Assembly (NCBI GenBank): GCA_001777575.1
Contig: MFEL01000018.1
Coordinates: 8,264-72,263, forward strand
From: Candidatus Doudnabacteria bacterium RIFCSPHIGHO2_01_FULL_46_24
GTDB lineage: Bacteria; Patescibacteriota; Doudnabacteria; UBA920; O2-02-FULL-48-8
Reading direction: 5' to 3'
DNA length: 64,000 nucleotides
The position numbers and the translations under genes are program-made. Below the pieces are notes generated by a model. The model had not been told where the DNA came from and did not search any database. It saw only the letters and a list, made by a program, of their open reading frames with translations. Below, piece after piece: positions 1 through 9,167 of the stretch (position 1 is its first letter; every line of letters begins with the position of its first letter).

Positions 1-1
1 T

Positions 2-466
2 GACGTCAGCAAAAATATTTCCCCCGATAATATCTATTCGCTCTCACTGGAGCCGCAAGGGGACCTGATCTGTCAGGGGATCATAGAGGACTACGTCGCC
101 CGGGCCTACGTCATCCAGCCGTGCGAAGGCAAAACCTACCAAGACATCCACGCGTTTTTATCGGATGCGTTGGCGGCCGGCAGACTTAATAAAGAAAAAG
201 CCGCCATCGAAATCCAAAATTCGACCGGCAAGCCCTATGCCTTGGACAGCCTGCAAACCATCATTGATACCGCCTACAGCGCCAAAGTCACCAGCTTCAA
301 AAGTAAAACCCCTTATGAGCGCACGATTCTCTACGACAATTCCAACGGCAAATTTCCCCAAACTTTAGATTACTTGAAGAATAACTTCAATTTCACCCTC
401 GCCGACATCCCTTACGCCAATTCCAGCGCTGATTTCGTCATCATCCTCGGCAAAGACGCATTGTAA
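2..466 (+). CDS. hypothetical protein, 3' portion (reading frame open from window edge)
   Basis: Frame 2 has no stop from position 2 to 466, so the track's M170 ORF is the tail of a longer gene; no recognisable motif. Confidence 0.35.
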   Translation, partial: DVSKNISPDNIYSLSLEPQGDLICQGIIEDYVARAYVIQPCEGKTYQDIHAFLSDALAAGRLNKEKAAIEIQNSTGKPYALDSLQTIIDTAYSAKVTSFKSKTPYERTILYDNSNGKFPQTLDYLKNNFNFTLADIPYANSSADFVIILGKDAL

Positions 467-540
467 GAGTAAAACGTAAAGAGAAAAACGAAAAACAACA
501 GCTCAAAACTAAAAACGTTTTTACATTTCGCTTTGTTATT

Positions 541-573
541 TTAATCTTTTCTCTTTAATCTTTAATCTCCTCT
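541..573. repeat. CTTTAATCTT / AAGATTAAAG-type short repeat block upstream of der
   Basis: ttaatcttttctctttaatctttaatctcc read directly; same 10-12-mer recurs at 20375-20413, 46486-46556, 61571-61606, 61959-61989. Confidence 0.5.
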
Positions 574-1896
574 ATGAGAATTCCCATTATCGCCATCATC
601 GGCCTGCCTAATGTCGGCAAATCCACTTTTTTCAACAAAGTCTTGGGCCTGAAGAAGGCCTTGATTTATCCCGAGGCCGGCACGACCCGCGACCGGCATT
701 TTGGGCTGACGTCCTGGAACGATCTGGCTTTCTATTTGGTGGATACCGCCGGCCTAGCGCGCCCCGGCTCTGACCTGGAGCGGAACATCCAGAAACAAAC
801 GGCCATCGCAGTTGCAGAAGCTGATCTGATTTTATTCATGGTTGACGGCAAGACCTCGCCGGGAAACCAGGATTTTGCTGCGGCTAAAAATCTCATCCGT
901 ACAAAAAAACCCGCCGTGCTCGCGGCTAATAAAATTGACGCGCGCAATGCCAAAATCGAAAGTTTGGCTTCGGAATACGTCAAGCTGGGCTTGGGCCAGC
1001 CGTTTATGATTTCTTCAATCAACGGTTCCGGCATCGGCGACCTTTTGGACTCTATTGTGGAAAAACTTAATTCGCAATTCGCAATTCGCAATTCGAAAAT
1101 TACGGATTACGGATTACGGATTGCCTTTGTCGGCAAGCCCAATGTCGGCAAATCGTCGCTGGTCAATGCTTTGTTGAAACAAGATCGCCTGATTGTCCAC
1201 GAAACCGCCGGCACCACCCGCTCGGCCGTGGATATTCCGTTCGAATATGAAGGTCAAAAATTCATCCTGATTGACACGGCCGGCATCAAAAAAAAGTGGA
1301 AGCAGGACGCGGACGTGGCAGCGGCAGCCGCTTTCCAATCCATCCGCGTCATCAGCTCAACTGAAGTCGCCCTGTTCGTGCTGGATGCCGCAAGCGACAT
1401 GACGTTCCAGGATCAGGCCATTGCCGAAGAAATCCTGGAGCAAAAAAAACCGGCCGTGATTGTGCTCAATAAAATTGACCTTTTGGACCAAGCGCAGCAG
1501 GACAGGCTTTTGGATACCTTGCCTGATTACTTGCCGCAAATGTGGTTTGTGCCCGTGCTATTTTCGTCTGCCAAAACTTCCCGGGGCTTGGATCTTTTGT
1601 TAAAATTCGCCAAGAAGGCTTTCTCGTCCGCGAGTCGGGAAATTGACCAGACAGAATTAGACCATTTTTTGGATAAAATGACCGAAGAAAACATGCCGGG
1701 TAAAATGGAAGACCAGCGCGCGCCGAAATTTTATAATCTCAAGCAGATTGCCACTAACCCGCCGGTCTTCAAACTGACCGTCAACTTCCCAGCGGCAATA
1801 GCCACCGCGTGGAAAAAATGGTTCGAAAAGCAGTTCCGCTTAAAATTCGGATTCGAAGGCAGTCCGATAATGATCCGCTATATCAGGAAAGCTTGA
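574..1896 (+). CDS. der: ribosome-associated GTPase Der (EngA), two GTPase domains plus KH-like C-terminus
   Basis: Two P-loops [12 protein letters not shown] and GKPNVGKSSLVN, DTAG and NKID motifs, 440 aa. Confidence 0.92.
   Translation: MRIPIIAIIGLPNVGKSTFFNKVLGLKKALIYPEAGTTRDRHFGLTSWNDLAFYLVDTAGLARPGSDLERNIQKQTAIAVAEADLILFMVDGKTSPGNQDFAAAKNLIRTKKPAVLAANKIDARNAKIESLASEYVKLGLGQPFMISSINGSGIGDLLDSIVEKLNSQFAIRNSKITDYGLRIAFVGKPNVGKSSLVNALLKQDRLIVHETAGTTRSAVDIPFEYEGQKFILIDTAGIKKKWKQDADVAAAAAFQSIRVISSTEVALFVLDAASDMTFQDQAIAEEILEQKKPAVIVLNKIDLLDQAQQDRLLDTLPDYLPQMWFVPVLFSSAKTSRGLDLLLKFAKKAFSSASREIDQTELDHFLDKMTEENMPGKMEDQRAPKFYNLKQIATNPPVFKLTVNFPAAIATAWKKWFEKQFRLKFGFEGSPIMIRYIRKA
1069..1119. repeat. 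tandem heptamer array (AATTCGC)x4 then (ATTACGG)x3, in frame in the der inter-domain linker
   Basis: Read directly; encodes NSQFAIRNSKITDYGLR; same heptamers recur in uvrC, the glycerate kinase gene and intergenic 40178-40232. Confidence 0.7.
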
Positions 1897-1952
1897 CAGA
1901 CCAAAATAACTAAATGTATAATTAGAATAATTAAACTATAGAGTTCAAAAAT

Positions 1953-2222
1953 ATGCCTAATGTTATTTCTGCCCTTACGGCGCGCAACAAATTCGGCCAA
2001 ATCCTAAAACAGGTTGAAAAAGACCGCCGATCTTTTGTCGTGGAAAAACGCGGCTCACCCAAAGCTGTAATTTTAAGCATCATGGATTATCTCAAGTCCA
2101 GAGCTCCCGAACCTGAAATACTAAGAGTAATTGGAGAAGAATCAAAACGCAATAAGACCAGTCGCATAAGCATGAAGCGAATCAATGCCATAATCACAGA
2201 AGTCAGGAGATCCAAAAAATAG
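1953..2222 (+). CDS. Phd/YefM-family type II antitoxin
   Basis: ISALTARNKFGQILKQVEKDRRSFVVEKRGSPKAVILSIMDY matches the Phd/YefM N-terminal pattern; stop overlaps start of downstream PIN gene. Confidence 0.6.
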   Translation: MPNVISALTARNKFGQILKQVEKDRRSFVVEKRGSPKAVILSIMDYLKSRAPEPEILRVIGEESKRNKTSRISMKRINAIITEVRRSKK

Positions 2223-2224
2223 CC

Positions 2225-2650
2225 GTGTTGCCGCTGCGACTGGTAATTGACACGAATATTTTAATTTCCGGCTTGCTCAAACCTGAGGGTTTGGAACATG
2301 CTATTTTATTTTTTAGTCTCACTCCTCCGGCAACATGGTTTATTTCCTCGCAGGTTCTGGATGAGTACCAAGAGGTTTCAAGCCGGTCAGAATTAAGAAT
2401 CAAACCCAAAAGGCGCAGAGAACTCTTTGCGCTTATTCATTCTCGAACAATCACGATCGAGCCGGATATTAAAATCAATTTTCTTATTGATCCAAAAGAC
2501 GACAAATTCTTAGAATGCGCCGAAGCGGCCAGGGCTGATTATCTGATCTCCGGCAACCTCAAGCATTTCCCTAAATTTTGGAAAACCACCAAGATCATCT
2601 CCGCTCGCGAGTTTATTGAAGGCGTAGTCCTACATTTAGATACAAAATAA
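2225..2650 (+). CDS. PIN-domain (VapC-like) toxin
   Basis: N-terminal LVIDTNILISGLL PIN signature; GTG start 2 nt after antitoxin stop. Confidence 0.65.
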   Translation: MLPLRLVIDTNILISGLLKPEGLEHAILFFSLTPPATWFISSQVLDEYQEVSSRSELRIKPKRRRELFALIHSRTITIEPDIKINFLIDPKDDKFLECAEAARADYLISGNLKHFPKFWKTTKIISAREFIEGVVLHLDTK

Positions 2651-2671
2651 ATTATAGTATAGAGATAACTC

Positions 2672-2920
2672 ATGAGAATAAAATCTTCAAGCAAAATCCG
2701 CAAATTGACGCGCGCCGGCCAGACCGGATCGACCTCAGTCGTCATTCCGGCTGAGATTATCCGCGCACTGGGCTGGCGGCAGAAGCAAAGAGTTCTGGTC
2801 AAAAAAATTTCTCGCGCTATCATCATCCGCGACGCGATGACTAAGCATAAAAAAATAAAGCATAAAATTATGAACCAATACACTTTTTTGACGGAAAAGT
2901 CAAGGGTCAGTATAATTTAG
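2672..2920 (+). CDS. small AbrB/MazE/SpoVT-type (swapped-hairpin) DNA-binding protein
   Basis: SVVIPAEIIRALGW motif, 82 aa; no partner toxin seen. Confidence 0.4.
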   Translation: MRIKSSSKIRKLTRAGQTGSTSVVIPAEIIRALGWRQKQRVLVKKISRAIIIRDAMTKHKKIKHKIMNQYTFLTEKSRVSII

Positions 2921-2958
2921 GAATAAGTAAATAGTATTACTCCTTACTAATTACTACT

Positions 2959-3504
2959 ATGAGCTATCTCATCATAGGCCTTGGCAACCCGGGCAAGCAA
3001 TACAAAAACACGCGGCATAACCTCGGCTTCCGCGTATTGGATCTGCTCGCTGATGGAGAAAACTGGCAAGACAAACATGACTCGAAGTTTATCAAGCTTA
3101 ATGATATTATCCTGGCCAAACCGCAGACATTCATGAATAAATCCGGCGAGGCTGTGAAAGAAATATTGAAATATTACCCAGCCGCGGAAATGATTGTAAT
3201 TCATGATGACTTGGATTTGCCTTTTGGCTCAATTAAAGTCCAAAAAAATATATCGTCTGCAGGACATAACGGGGTACAATCAATCATTGATGAATTAGGA
3301 ACTCAAAACTTTGTTCGGGTCAGGCTAGGCATTGATATGCCTGAAGCAAGAGGGCGGATTCCTGGTGATGTCTATGTTTTACAAAATTTTTCCGGGCTAG
3401 AAGAGGAAATTATAAAACAACAACTTCTCCCGGCAGCGGTCAAAGCTATTGAGACTATCCAAACTCAAGATTTTGAAACGGCTCAGTCACGATTTAATGG
3501 ATAG
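2959..3504 (+). CDS. pth: peptidyl-tRNA hydrolase
   Basis: MSYLIIGLGNPGKQY...HNLGF signature, 181 aa. Confidence 0.92.
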   Translation: MSYLIIGLGNPGKQYKNTRHNLGFRVLDLLADGENWQDKHDSKFIKLNDIILAKPQTFMNKSGEAVKEILKYYPAAEMIVIHDDLDLPFGSIKVQKNISSAGHNGVQSIIDELGTQNFVRVRLGIDMPEARGRIPGDVYVLQNFSGLEEEIIKQQLLPAAVKAIETIQTQDFETAQSRFNG

Positions 3505-3537
3505 TTCGTATTTCGTAGAATTTCGTAGTTCGTAGAA
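3504..3537. repeat. tandem TTCGTAG-type heptamer array directly after the pth stop
   Basis: tagttcgtatttcgtagaatttcgtagttcgtag read directly. Confidence 0.6.
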
Positions 3538-3710
3538 GGACCGCTTTGCAAGAATCAGGATTCAGGGATCCTAAAAAAACTCGCCGGCGACTGCGACGAC
3601 GAGGGTTGGCCTTGCTGGGACAAGGCCATGAAAGCAGCTTGTTCGCGCGGGCGCGCGGACTATTCTGCTCTTGCCCGTGCTGGGTAACGGGCGGGGTGGG
3701 AACGGGGAAA

Positions 3711-3986
3711 TCAGTCCCCGCCGAACTCAAGGGCCAGCAGCGCAAAGCGGATATCCACTTCTTCAGGGCTCAACCCCGCGTGTTTGCAGGCCATGAGCTC
3801 TTTGAAGTAGAGGTCCAGCTCCTGCTCGGCCATGTGCAGCAGGTCGTGAATCCGACTTGCCCGCATGGCCAGCTGTTGCTGGCATCGTTCTTTGCTGCAC
3901 TGGCTACTCACGCGGCACAGAGCGCCGCGCGCGTTCACTTCCACTACATGGAGCGGAAGTGTTCGACCCAGACTACCGTGTGGCAT
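3711..3986 (-). CDS. hypothetical protein in GC-rich segment (start uncertain)
   Basis: Long minus ORF with GGAGGAG just upstream of the ATG at 3986; GC-rich DNA gives ORFs in all six frames so support is weak. Confidence 0.25.
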   Translation of the reverse strand: MPHGSLGRTLPLHVVEVNARGALCRVSSQCSKERCQQQLAMRASRIHDLLHMAEQELDLYFKELMACKHAGLSPEEVDIRFALLALEFGGD

Positions 3987-4053
3987 GGCTCCTCCGACGG
4001 CGACTGACGTTGACATGCCGCGAGCCCGCGGCAGGGTTGGCGCCAGAGCGCCC

Positions 4054-4236
4054 TTACGAATCTTCCCTCCTTTCGTGCGAGACCCGTTCTGAGGCTCGCA
4101 TAAAAACCATGGCGGCCACGGCACTTAGCCCGAGCAGTGCCGTAAAAAACGCGGCGATGCCGCCGGCCAAGCCATAGGCCACTCCAGCCAACATTACTAC
4201 GGCCAGAAGCAGCCAAACGCTTAGGCGCTTAGGCAT
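4054..4236 (-). CDS. small hydrophobic membrane protein (60 aa)
   Basis: AGGAGG 9 nt upstream of the ATG at 4236; MPKRLSVWLLLAVVMLAGVAYGLAGG hydrophobic core; the track's TTG start at 4272 is less likely. Confidence 0.45.
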   Translation of the reverse strand: MPKRLSVWLLLAVVMLAGVAYGLAGGIAAFFTALLGLSAVAAMVFMRASERVSHERREDS

Positions 4237-4453
4237 ATGGAACTTTCCTCCTTCCTCATGAGATGCGTTCAACCCTACTTACGAGCGCCAGGATCAAACG
4301 GAAAACCGTTTGGGCCTGAACTTATGGCTACTTGCACGCAATAGGAGGGATGCTGCATGCTTTCACCGCATCGCAAGTAGGATAGAAAACACCTGCTGTG
4401 CTATATTTTATAGGAAACAACATAGGATAGCAAAAATGCCAGAAAATGTCAAC

Positions 4454-4528
4454 CCCGTTAGAAACATGCTGTTTCAGGCGCTTTAAATTAAAAATTAAAC
4501 TGACATGTCGCACGAAGTTTCTAACGGG
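4454..4528. promoter_or_regulatory. inverted-repeat element copy A (CCCGTTAGAAAC ... GTTTCTAACGGG, 51-nt AT-rich spacer) spanning the dprA start
   Basis: Perfect 12-bp arms read directly; dprA ATG at 4505 lies in the spacer; related copies at 32627-32728 and 60101-60209. Confidence 0.6.
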
Positions 4529-5608
4529 ATCAATACCGAGAATAAAGTTTACGGCAATGCCCTCAATTCAATAGAAGAACTCGGGCCAGTCAGTTTGCTC
4601 AAACTGCTTAAGTTTTTCGGCAACTTCCAGAATGCCTGGCAAGCGGGCGTAACTGATCTGGCCAAAGCAGGCCTCGACCAAAAAAAGATTGATGCCATTC
4701 TAGCAAAACATCCAAGCCTGAAGCCGGAGCAATTGTGGCAGGAAACCCAAAGACTGGGCCTTGAGGCACTGCTTCTGGGAGAAAAAGATTATCCTAAACT
4801 TCTGGCCGAAATCCCCTCGCCGCCGCCGATCCTTTATGTCCGAGGAAACAAAAAGATTTTGAATGACAATCTGCTGGCGGTGGTGGGCAGCCGCAAAATG
4901 ACCGGCTACGGCCGGCGCACAGTAGAAGATCTCATTCCCCAGCTCCTAAACGCCGGCCTGGATGTGGTTTCGGGCCTGGCCTTCGGCGTAGATGCCTGCT
5001 CTTTGCAGACAACACTTTCTGCCGGCAGTGCACCCATTGCGGTACTTGCTTCCCCGCTTGACAACTCAAGCATTTCACCGAGAATCAATTACAATTTGGC
5101 CCAAAAAATCGTTCAGCAGGGTTGTATGATATCCGAATACGCTTTGGGATCTCAAGTCTACAAAACCAATTTTCCCCAGCGCAACCGGATCATTGCCGGC
5201 CTGAGCTTGGGAACGCTCGTAATTGAAGCCGACGAAAAAAGTGGCAGTCTGATTACCGCTAATTACGCGCTTGATTTCAACCGCGAGGTGTTTGCCGTTC
5301 CCGGCCCCATCTTTTCCGATGTCAGCCGCGGCACCAACGCCCTGATCAAAAAAGGAGCGGTTTTGGTGTCTTCAGCTGCGGACATTATCCAAGCGTTGAA
5401 CCTCGACGTGACCTTGCAGATGGAGCTGGATGAAAATTACCACGATGAAACCGGAATTCTGGATTTGCTTTCCGAGCCCAAACACATTGATGAGCTGATC
5501 CGGCAGCTAAAGCTGGACGCGCCCACGGTCAGCACGAACTTAACCATGCTGGAACTCAAAGGCCGGATCAAACATGTAGGCGGGGGCACTTATGCCAAGA
5601 TCCGTTAA
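4505..5608 (+). CDS. dprA: DNA processing protein DprA (Smf)
   Basis: Rossmann-like core LLAVVGSRKMTGYGRR...GLAFGVDACS, 367 aa. Confidence 0.88.
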   Translation: MSHEVSNGINTENKVYGNALNSIEELGPVSLLKLLKFFGNFQNAWQAGVTDLAKAGLDQKKIDAILAKHPSLKPEQLWQETQRLGLEALLLGEKDYPKLLAEIPSPPPILYVRGNKKILNDNLLAVVGSRKMTGYGRRTVEDLIPQLLNAGLDVVSGLAFGVDACSLQTTLSAGSAPIAVLASPLDNSSISPRINYNLAQKIVQQGCMISEYALGSQVYKTNFPQRNRIIAGLSLGTLVIEADEKSGSLITANYALDFNREVFAVPGPIFSDVSRGTNALIKKGAVLVSSAADIIQALNLDVTLQMELDENYHDETGILDLLSEPKHIDELIRQLKLDAPTVSTNLTMLELKGRIKHVGGGTYAKIR

Positions 5609-6656
5609 GCTTATTCTGCTTATTGTCGCCGCTATCCTTATTGTTATCGTCTTGCTAACAACAAAACGGGCGATAGAGCCAGGCGACTATCAACCATCAA
5701 CTATTAACTATCAACCACAAAGCGTCACCCTCTTCTTCGCCGGCGACATTATGCTCTCGCGCAACGTCCATGACCGGATGGCGAAAGCTGGTGATTTTGC
5801 GCTGCCGTTTAACCACGTGGTTAGGCAAGTGGTTTCCGCTAATCTAAGTTTTGCCAATCTGGAATCGCCGTTTAACGACCAAGGGCCGCACTTTGTGCCC
5901 AATAGTTTAGTCTTCAACGCTGACTCAAAAAGTGTCGCGGGTTTAGTCGCCGCGGGCTTTGACATCCTCTCCACGGCCAACAATCATGCTTTTGACCAGG
6001 GCCAAAGAGGCCTTGAGTTTACGCGGGACCTGCTTGAGGCTCATGACAAAGCTCATGACATCCTGGCGGTCGGAACCGGAGAGGGTTGCCATCAGGGGAA
6101 AATCATAGAAAAAAGCGGAATCAAATTCGGCTTTCTGGCCTACTCTTACGCGGCTTACAATGACGGCGGCAAACAGTCTGATCCTTTGGTCTGCAACTGG
6201 AATGATTCCGCCCAAACTGCCGAAGATATCAAACTGTTAAAAAACAAAGCCAACTTCGTGACCGTGTCTTTCCATGCCGGCACGGAATATAAGCGCCAGC
6301 CGGATGAAAAAAATGTCGCTTTAGCCCATGCCGCGACCGATGCCGGCGCCGATCTGCTCATCGGCCACCACCCCCATTGGATCCAAACCATCGAAGAATA
6401 CAAGGGCAAATATATTTTTTACTCACTCGGCAACTTTATCTTTGATCAGATGTGGAGCCAGGAGACAAGGGAAGGATTAACGATGACGATGACAATAACC
6501 ATGACCGACCAAAAACCCGAGATCAAAAAAATCGAGCTTATGCCTGTGGTTATTGACGATTACTGCTGTCCAAGATGGGCGAATTCGTCCGAAACTGCGT
6601 CGATTTTAAAAAAGATAAACTTGACAAGCAACATTTTAGTGGATAACAATGATTGA
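5592..6656 (+). CDS. CapA/PGA-biosynthesis-family metallophosphatase with N-terminal TM anchor
   Basis: FAGDIMLSRNV, GHHPHWIQ and GNFIFDQ motifs typical of the CapA family. Confidence 0.7.
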   Translation: MPRSVKLILLIVAAILIVIVLLTTKRAIEPGDYQPSTINYQPQSVTLFFAGDIMLSRNVHDRMAKAGDFALPFNHVVRQVVSANLSFANLESPFNDQGPHFVPNSLVFNADSKSVAGLVAAGFDILSTANNHAFDQGQRGLEFTRDLLEAHDKAHDILAVGTGEGCHQGKIIEKSGIKFGFLAYSYAAYNDGGKQSDPLVCNWNDSAQTAEDIKLLKNKANFVTVSFHAGTEYKRQPDEKNVALAHAATDAGADLLIGHHPHWIQTIEEYKGKYIFYSLGNFIFDQMWSQETREGLTMTMTITMTDQKPEIKKIELMPVVIDDYCCPRWANSSETASILKKINLTSNILVDNND

Positions 6657-6796
6657 GTTAAATCCTAAGCACGAAGCACTAAATTCTAAACAATATCTAA
6701 ATTCAAAGGCTTAAATGTTCAAAACTGTTTTGAATTTAAAATTTCTGTCATTTGAATTTGTTTCGGATTTCGATATTAGGATTTCGAATTTATTTT

Positions 6797-9076
6797 ATGA
6801 ATAAGTCCCTAGTAATCGTAGAAAGCCCTACCAAAGCTAAAACCATTTCACGCTTTCTAAACAACCAATACGAAGTGGCCGCGTCTTTTGGCCATATCCG
6901 CGATTTGCCGAGCAGTAAAATGGGCGTGGACATTGAGCATGATTTTGAGCCGACTTACGTCATTCCGCCCAAGGCCAAAAAGAAAGTCGCGGAACTGAAA
7001 AGCTTGGCCAAAAACGCGGACGAGATTATCCTCGCCACTGACGAGGACCGCGAAGGCGAAGCCATCGCCTGGCATCTCGTGCAAGCCCTTGGATTAAAAA
7101 ACAGTAAACAGAAAACAGTAAACAGAATTGCCTTTCACGAGATTACCAAAACGGCCATTGAGGAGGCGCTGAAAAATCCCCGCGAGCTAGATTTGCACCT
7201 GGTGGACGCGCAACAAGCCAGGCGCGTGCTGGACCGGCTGGTCGGCTACGAACTCTCGCCCTTCCTTTGGAAAAAAGTCAAACGCGGACTTTCCGCCGGC
7301 CGGGTTCAATCCGTGGCTGTGCGGCTGATTGTGGAACGCGAGCAAGAAATCCAAAAATTCAAGCCGCAGGAATACTGGAGCATTGTCGGGACTTTCAATA
7401 AAGATTCCAATTTTGCAGGCAAACTTGCCAAAATCGATGGCAAGACTTTGGACAAGCTGGCTATCAAAAACGAAGTCGGGGCAAAAAAAATCGTGGCGGA
7501 TTTGCGCAACCGCCCAGCCGAAGTCGTGGAAGTGGCCAAAAAAGAAGTCCGCCGCAACCCGGCCGCGCCCTTCACCACCTCCACTCTGCAGCAGGAAGCT
7601 GCCAGGAAACTCGGATTTTCCGCCAAGCAAACCATGATGTATGCCCAACAGCTTTATGAAGGCGTGGAAATCGGCGATCAGGAAGCCACCGGCTTGATTA
7701 CCTACATGCGCACGGATTCAGTCAACCTTTCGGAGTTCGCGCTCAATTCCGCCAAGGAAACCATTGCCGCCCGCTATGGCCAGGATTATGTCTTAGATAA
7801 TCCTCGTCGTTTTGCGACTAAGTCGAAAAATGCCCAGGAAGCCCACGAAGCCATCCGGCCCACGGATTTTTTGCGCGATCCAGATTCAATCAAAAATTAT
7901 TTGGACCGAAATCAACATCGACTTTACGATCTAATCTGGAAACGCGCTATCGCCACGCAAATGCCGGAAGCGGTTTTTGACGCCACCAGCGTTGACACGG
8001 AAATTATCGGAGCCCCCGACGCAAAGGTCGGGGCAGGCAAAAAATATATTTTCCGCTCCACCGGCCAGGTCATCAAATTCGACGGCTTTATGAAAGTTTA
8101 TCTCGAAGGCACGGACGAGGAGGAAACCAACGGCGAAGAGGAGGGGTTGTTGCCGGAACTGAAAAAAGGCGACCAGCCCAAAGTTATAAAAATTATTCCC
8201 AACCAGCACTTCACCCAACCGCCGCCGCGCTACACCGATGCCAGCCTGATCAAAGCGCTGGAAGAGCAAGGCATTGGCCGGCCTTCAACCTACGCGCCGA
8301 CCATTACCACCATTCAGGAACGCGACTACGTGAATAAAATCGACAAAAAATTCCATCCCACGGAAATGGGCTTCATCGTCAATGACATTCTGGTTGAGCA
8401 TTTTCCCAAAGTCGTGGATCTGCAGTTCACGGCCAAAATGGAAGAAAACTTAGACGAAATCGCCAGCGGCGGCAAAGACTGGGTGCCCGTGATCCGGGAA
8501 TTCTACGGCCCGTTCCACGAAAACTTGAAAGCCAAAGAAAAAGCCGTGGAAAAGCACGTGGAAAAATTAGGCGAGAAGTGCCCGGAATGTGGTAAAGATT
8601 TAGTGCTTAAATTCGGCCGGTTCGGCAAATTCATCGCCTGCAGCAATTATCCGGAATGCAAATACACGCGCCCCATGCCGGAAGATCAAAAGATGATTGA
8701 CGAAAACAAGGGTGAGATCTGCGAAAAGTGCGGCAAGCCCATGGCGGTGAGGTTCGGCAAGTTCGGCTCGTTTTTGGGCTGCACCGGCTATCCGGAATGC
8801 AAAAACATCAAAAAAATCCAAAAAGGCACGGGCGTGGCCTGCCCCAAATGCGGCGAAGGCGAACTTGTAGAGCGGCGCGGCAAGCGCGGCCCGTTCTATT
8901 CCTGCTCCAAATATCCCCAGTGCAAATTTTTGCTGCCGACCAAGCCCACGGGCGAAAAATGCCCCAAGTGCATGAGCCTGCTAATTTACGCCAAAGGCGG
9001 CACAGTCAAATGCTCGAGCAAGGAGTGTGATTTCACCAAAGAAGTTCAAGCAGAAAATCACCCTGAGCGAGCGTAG
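6797..9076 (+). CDS. topA: DNA topoisomerase I with four C-terminal zinc-ribbon modules
   Basis: Toprim start MNKSLVIVESPTKAKTI (track start 6752 is a spurious upstream extension); EITK box; repeated CPxCG...C ribbons. Confidence 0.92.
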   Translation: MNKSLVIVESPTKAKTISRFLNNQYEVAASFGHIRDLPSSKMGVDIEHDFEPTYVIPPKAKKKVAELKSLAKNADEIILATDEDREGEAIAWHLVQALGLKNSKQKTVNRIAFHEITKTAIEEALKNPRELDLHLVDAQQARRVLDRLVGYELSPFLWKKVKRGLSAGRVQSVAVRLIVEREQEIQKFKPQEYWSIVGTFNKDSNFAGKLAKIDGKTLDKLAIKNEVGAKKIVADLRNRPAEVVEVAKKEVRRNPAAPFTTSTLQQEAARKLGFSAKQTMMYAQQLYEGVEIGDQEATGLITYMRTDSVNLSEFALNSAKETIAARYGQDYVLDNPRRFATKSKNAQEAHEAIRPTDFLRDPDSIKNYLDRNQHRLYDLIWKRAIATQMPEAVFDATSVDTEIIGAPDAKVGAGKKYIFRSTGQVIKFDGFMKVYLEGTDEEETNGEEEGLLPELKKGDQPKVIKIIPNQHFTQPPPRYTDASLIKALEEQGIGRPSTYAPTITTIQERDYVNKIDKKFHPTEMGFIVNDILVEHFPKVVDLQFTAKMEENLDEIASGGKDWVPVIREFYGPFHENLKAKEKAVEKHVEKLGEKCPECGKDLVLKFGRFGKFIACSNYPECKYTRPMPEDQKMIDENKGEICEKCGKPMAVRFGKFGSFLGCTGYPECKNIKKIQKGTGVACPKCGEGELVERRGKRGPFYSCSKYPQCKFLLPTKPTGEKCPKCMSLLIYAKGGTVKCSSKECDFTKEVQAENHPERA
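7098..7127. repeat. tandem AACAGTA/AACAGAA heptamer array in frame in topA
   Basis: aaacagtaaacagaaaacagtaaacagaa; same heptamer on the coding strand of rluB at 13202-13232. Confidence 0.6.
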
Positions 9077-9126
9077 CGAGTCGAACAACGGGTAATTTCG
9101 AGAAAAAAGCCGCAGCCTCACCTCAA

Positions 9127-9160
9127 TAAAAAATGCGCCAGACACCTGGCGCATTTTTTT
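9127..9160. terminator. bidirectional rho-independent terminator between convergent topA and brnA
   Basis: A6-ATGCGCCAG-acac-CTGGCGCAT-T7 read directly. Confidence 0.65.
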
Positions 9161-9167
9161 GTGTTGC

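Noticed and set aside
3546-4216. Overlapping track ORFs 3546-4007(+), 3857-4177(+), 3865-4092(+), 3944-4216(-)
   Set aside because: The GC-rich DNA lacks stop codons in all frames; these mutually overlapping ORFs have no SD or motif support and cannot all be real.
3540-4330. GC-rich block as RNase P RNA or tmRNA
   Set aside because: No P4 GGAAAGUCCGG / ACAGNAARCCGGCUUA RNase P boxes, no tRNA-like 3' end or tag-peptide frame; composition alone does not support an ncRNA call.
6752-6796. Track start codon for topA at 6752 and for uvrC at 30549, rnj at 38167, brnT at 9909, proC at 15050
   Set aside because: N-terminal extensions are low-complexity or hydrophobic, lack homology to the families, and better starts with SD or promoter context exist downstream.
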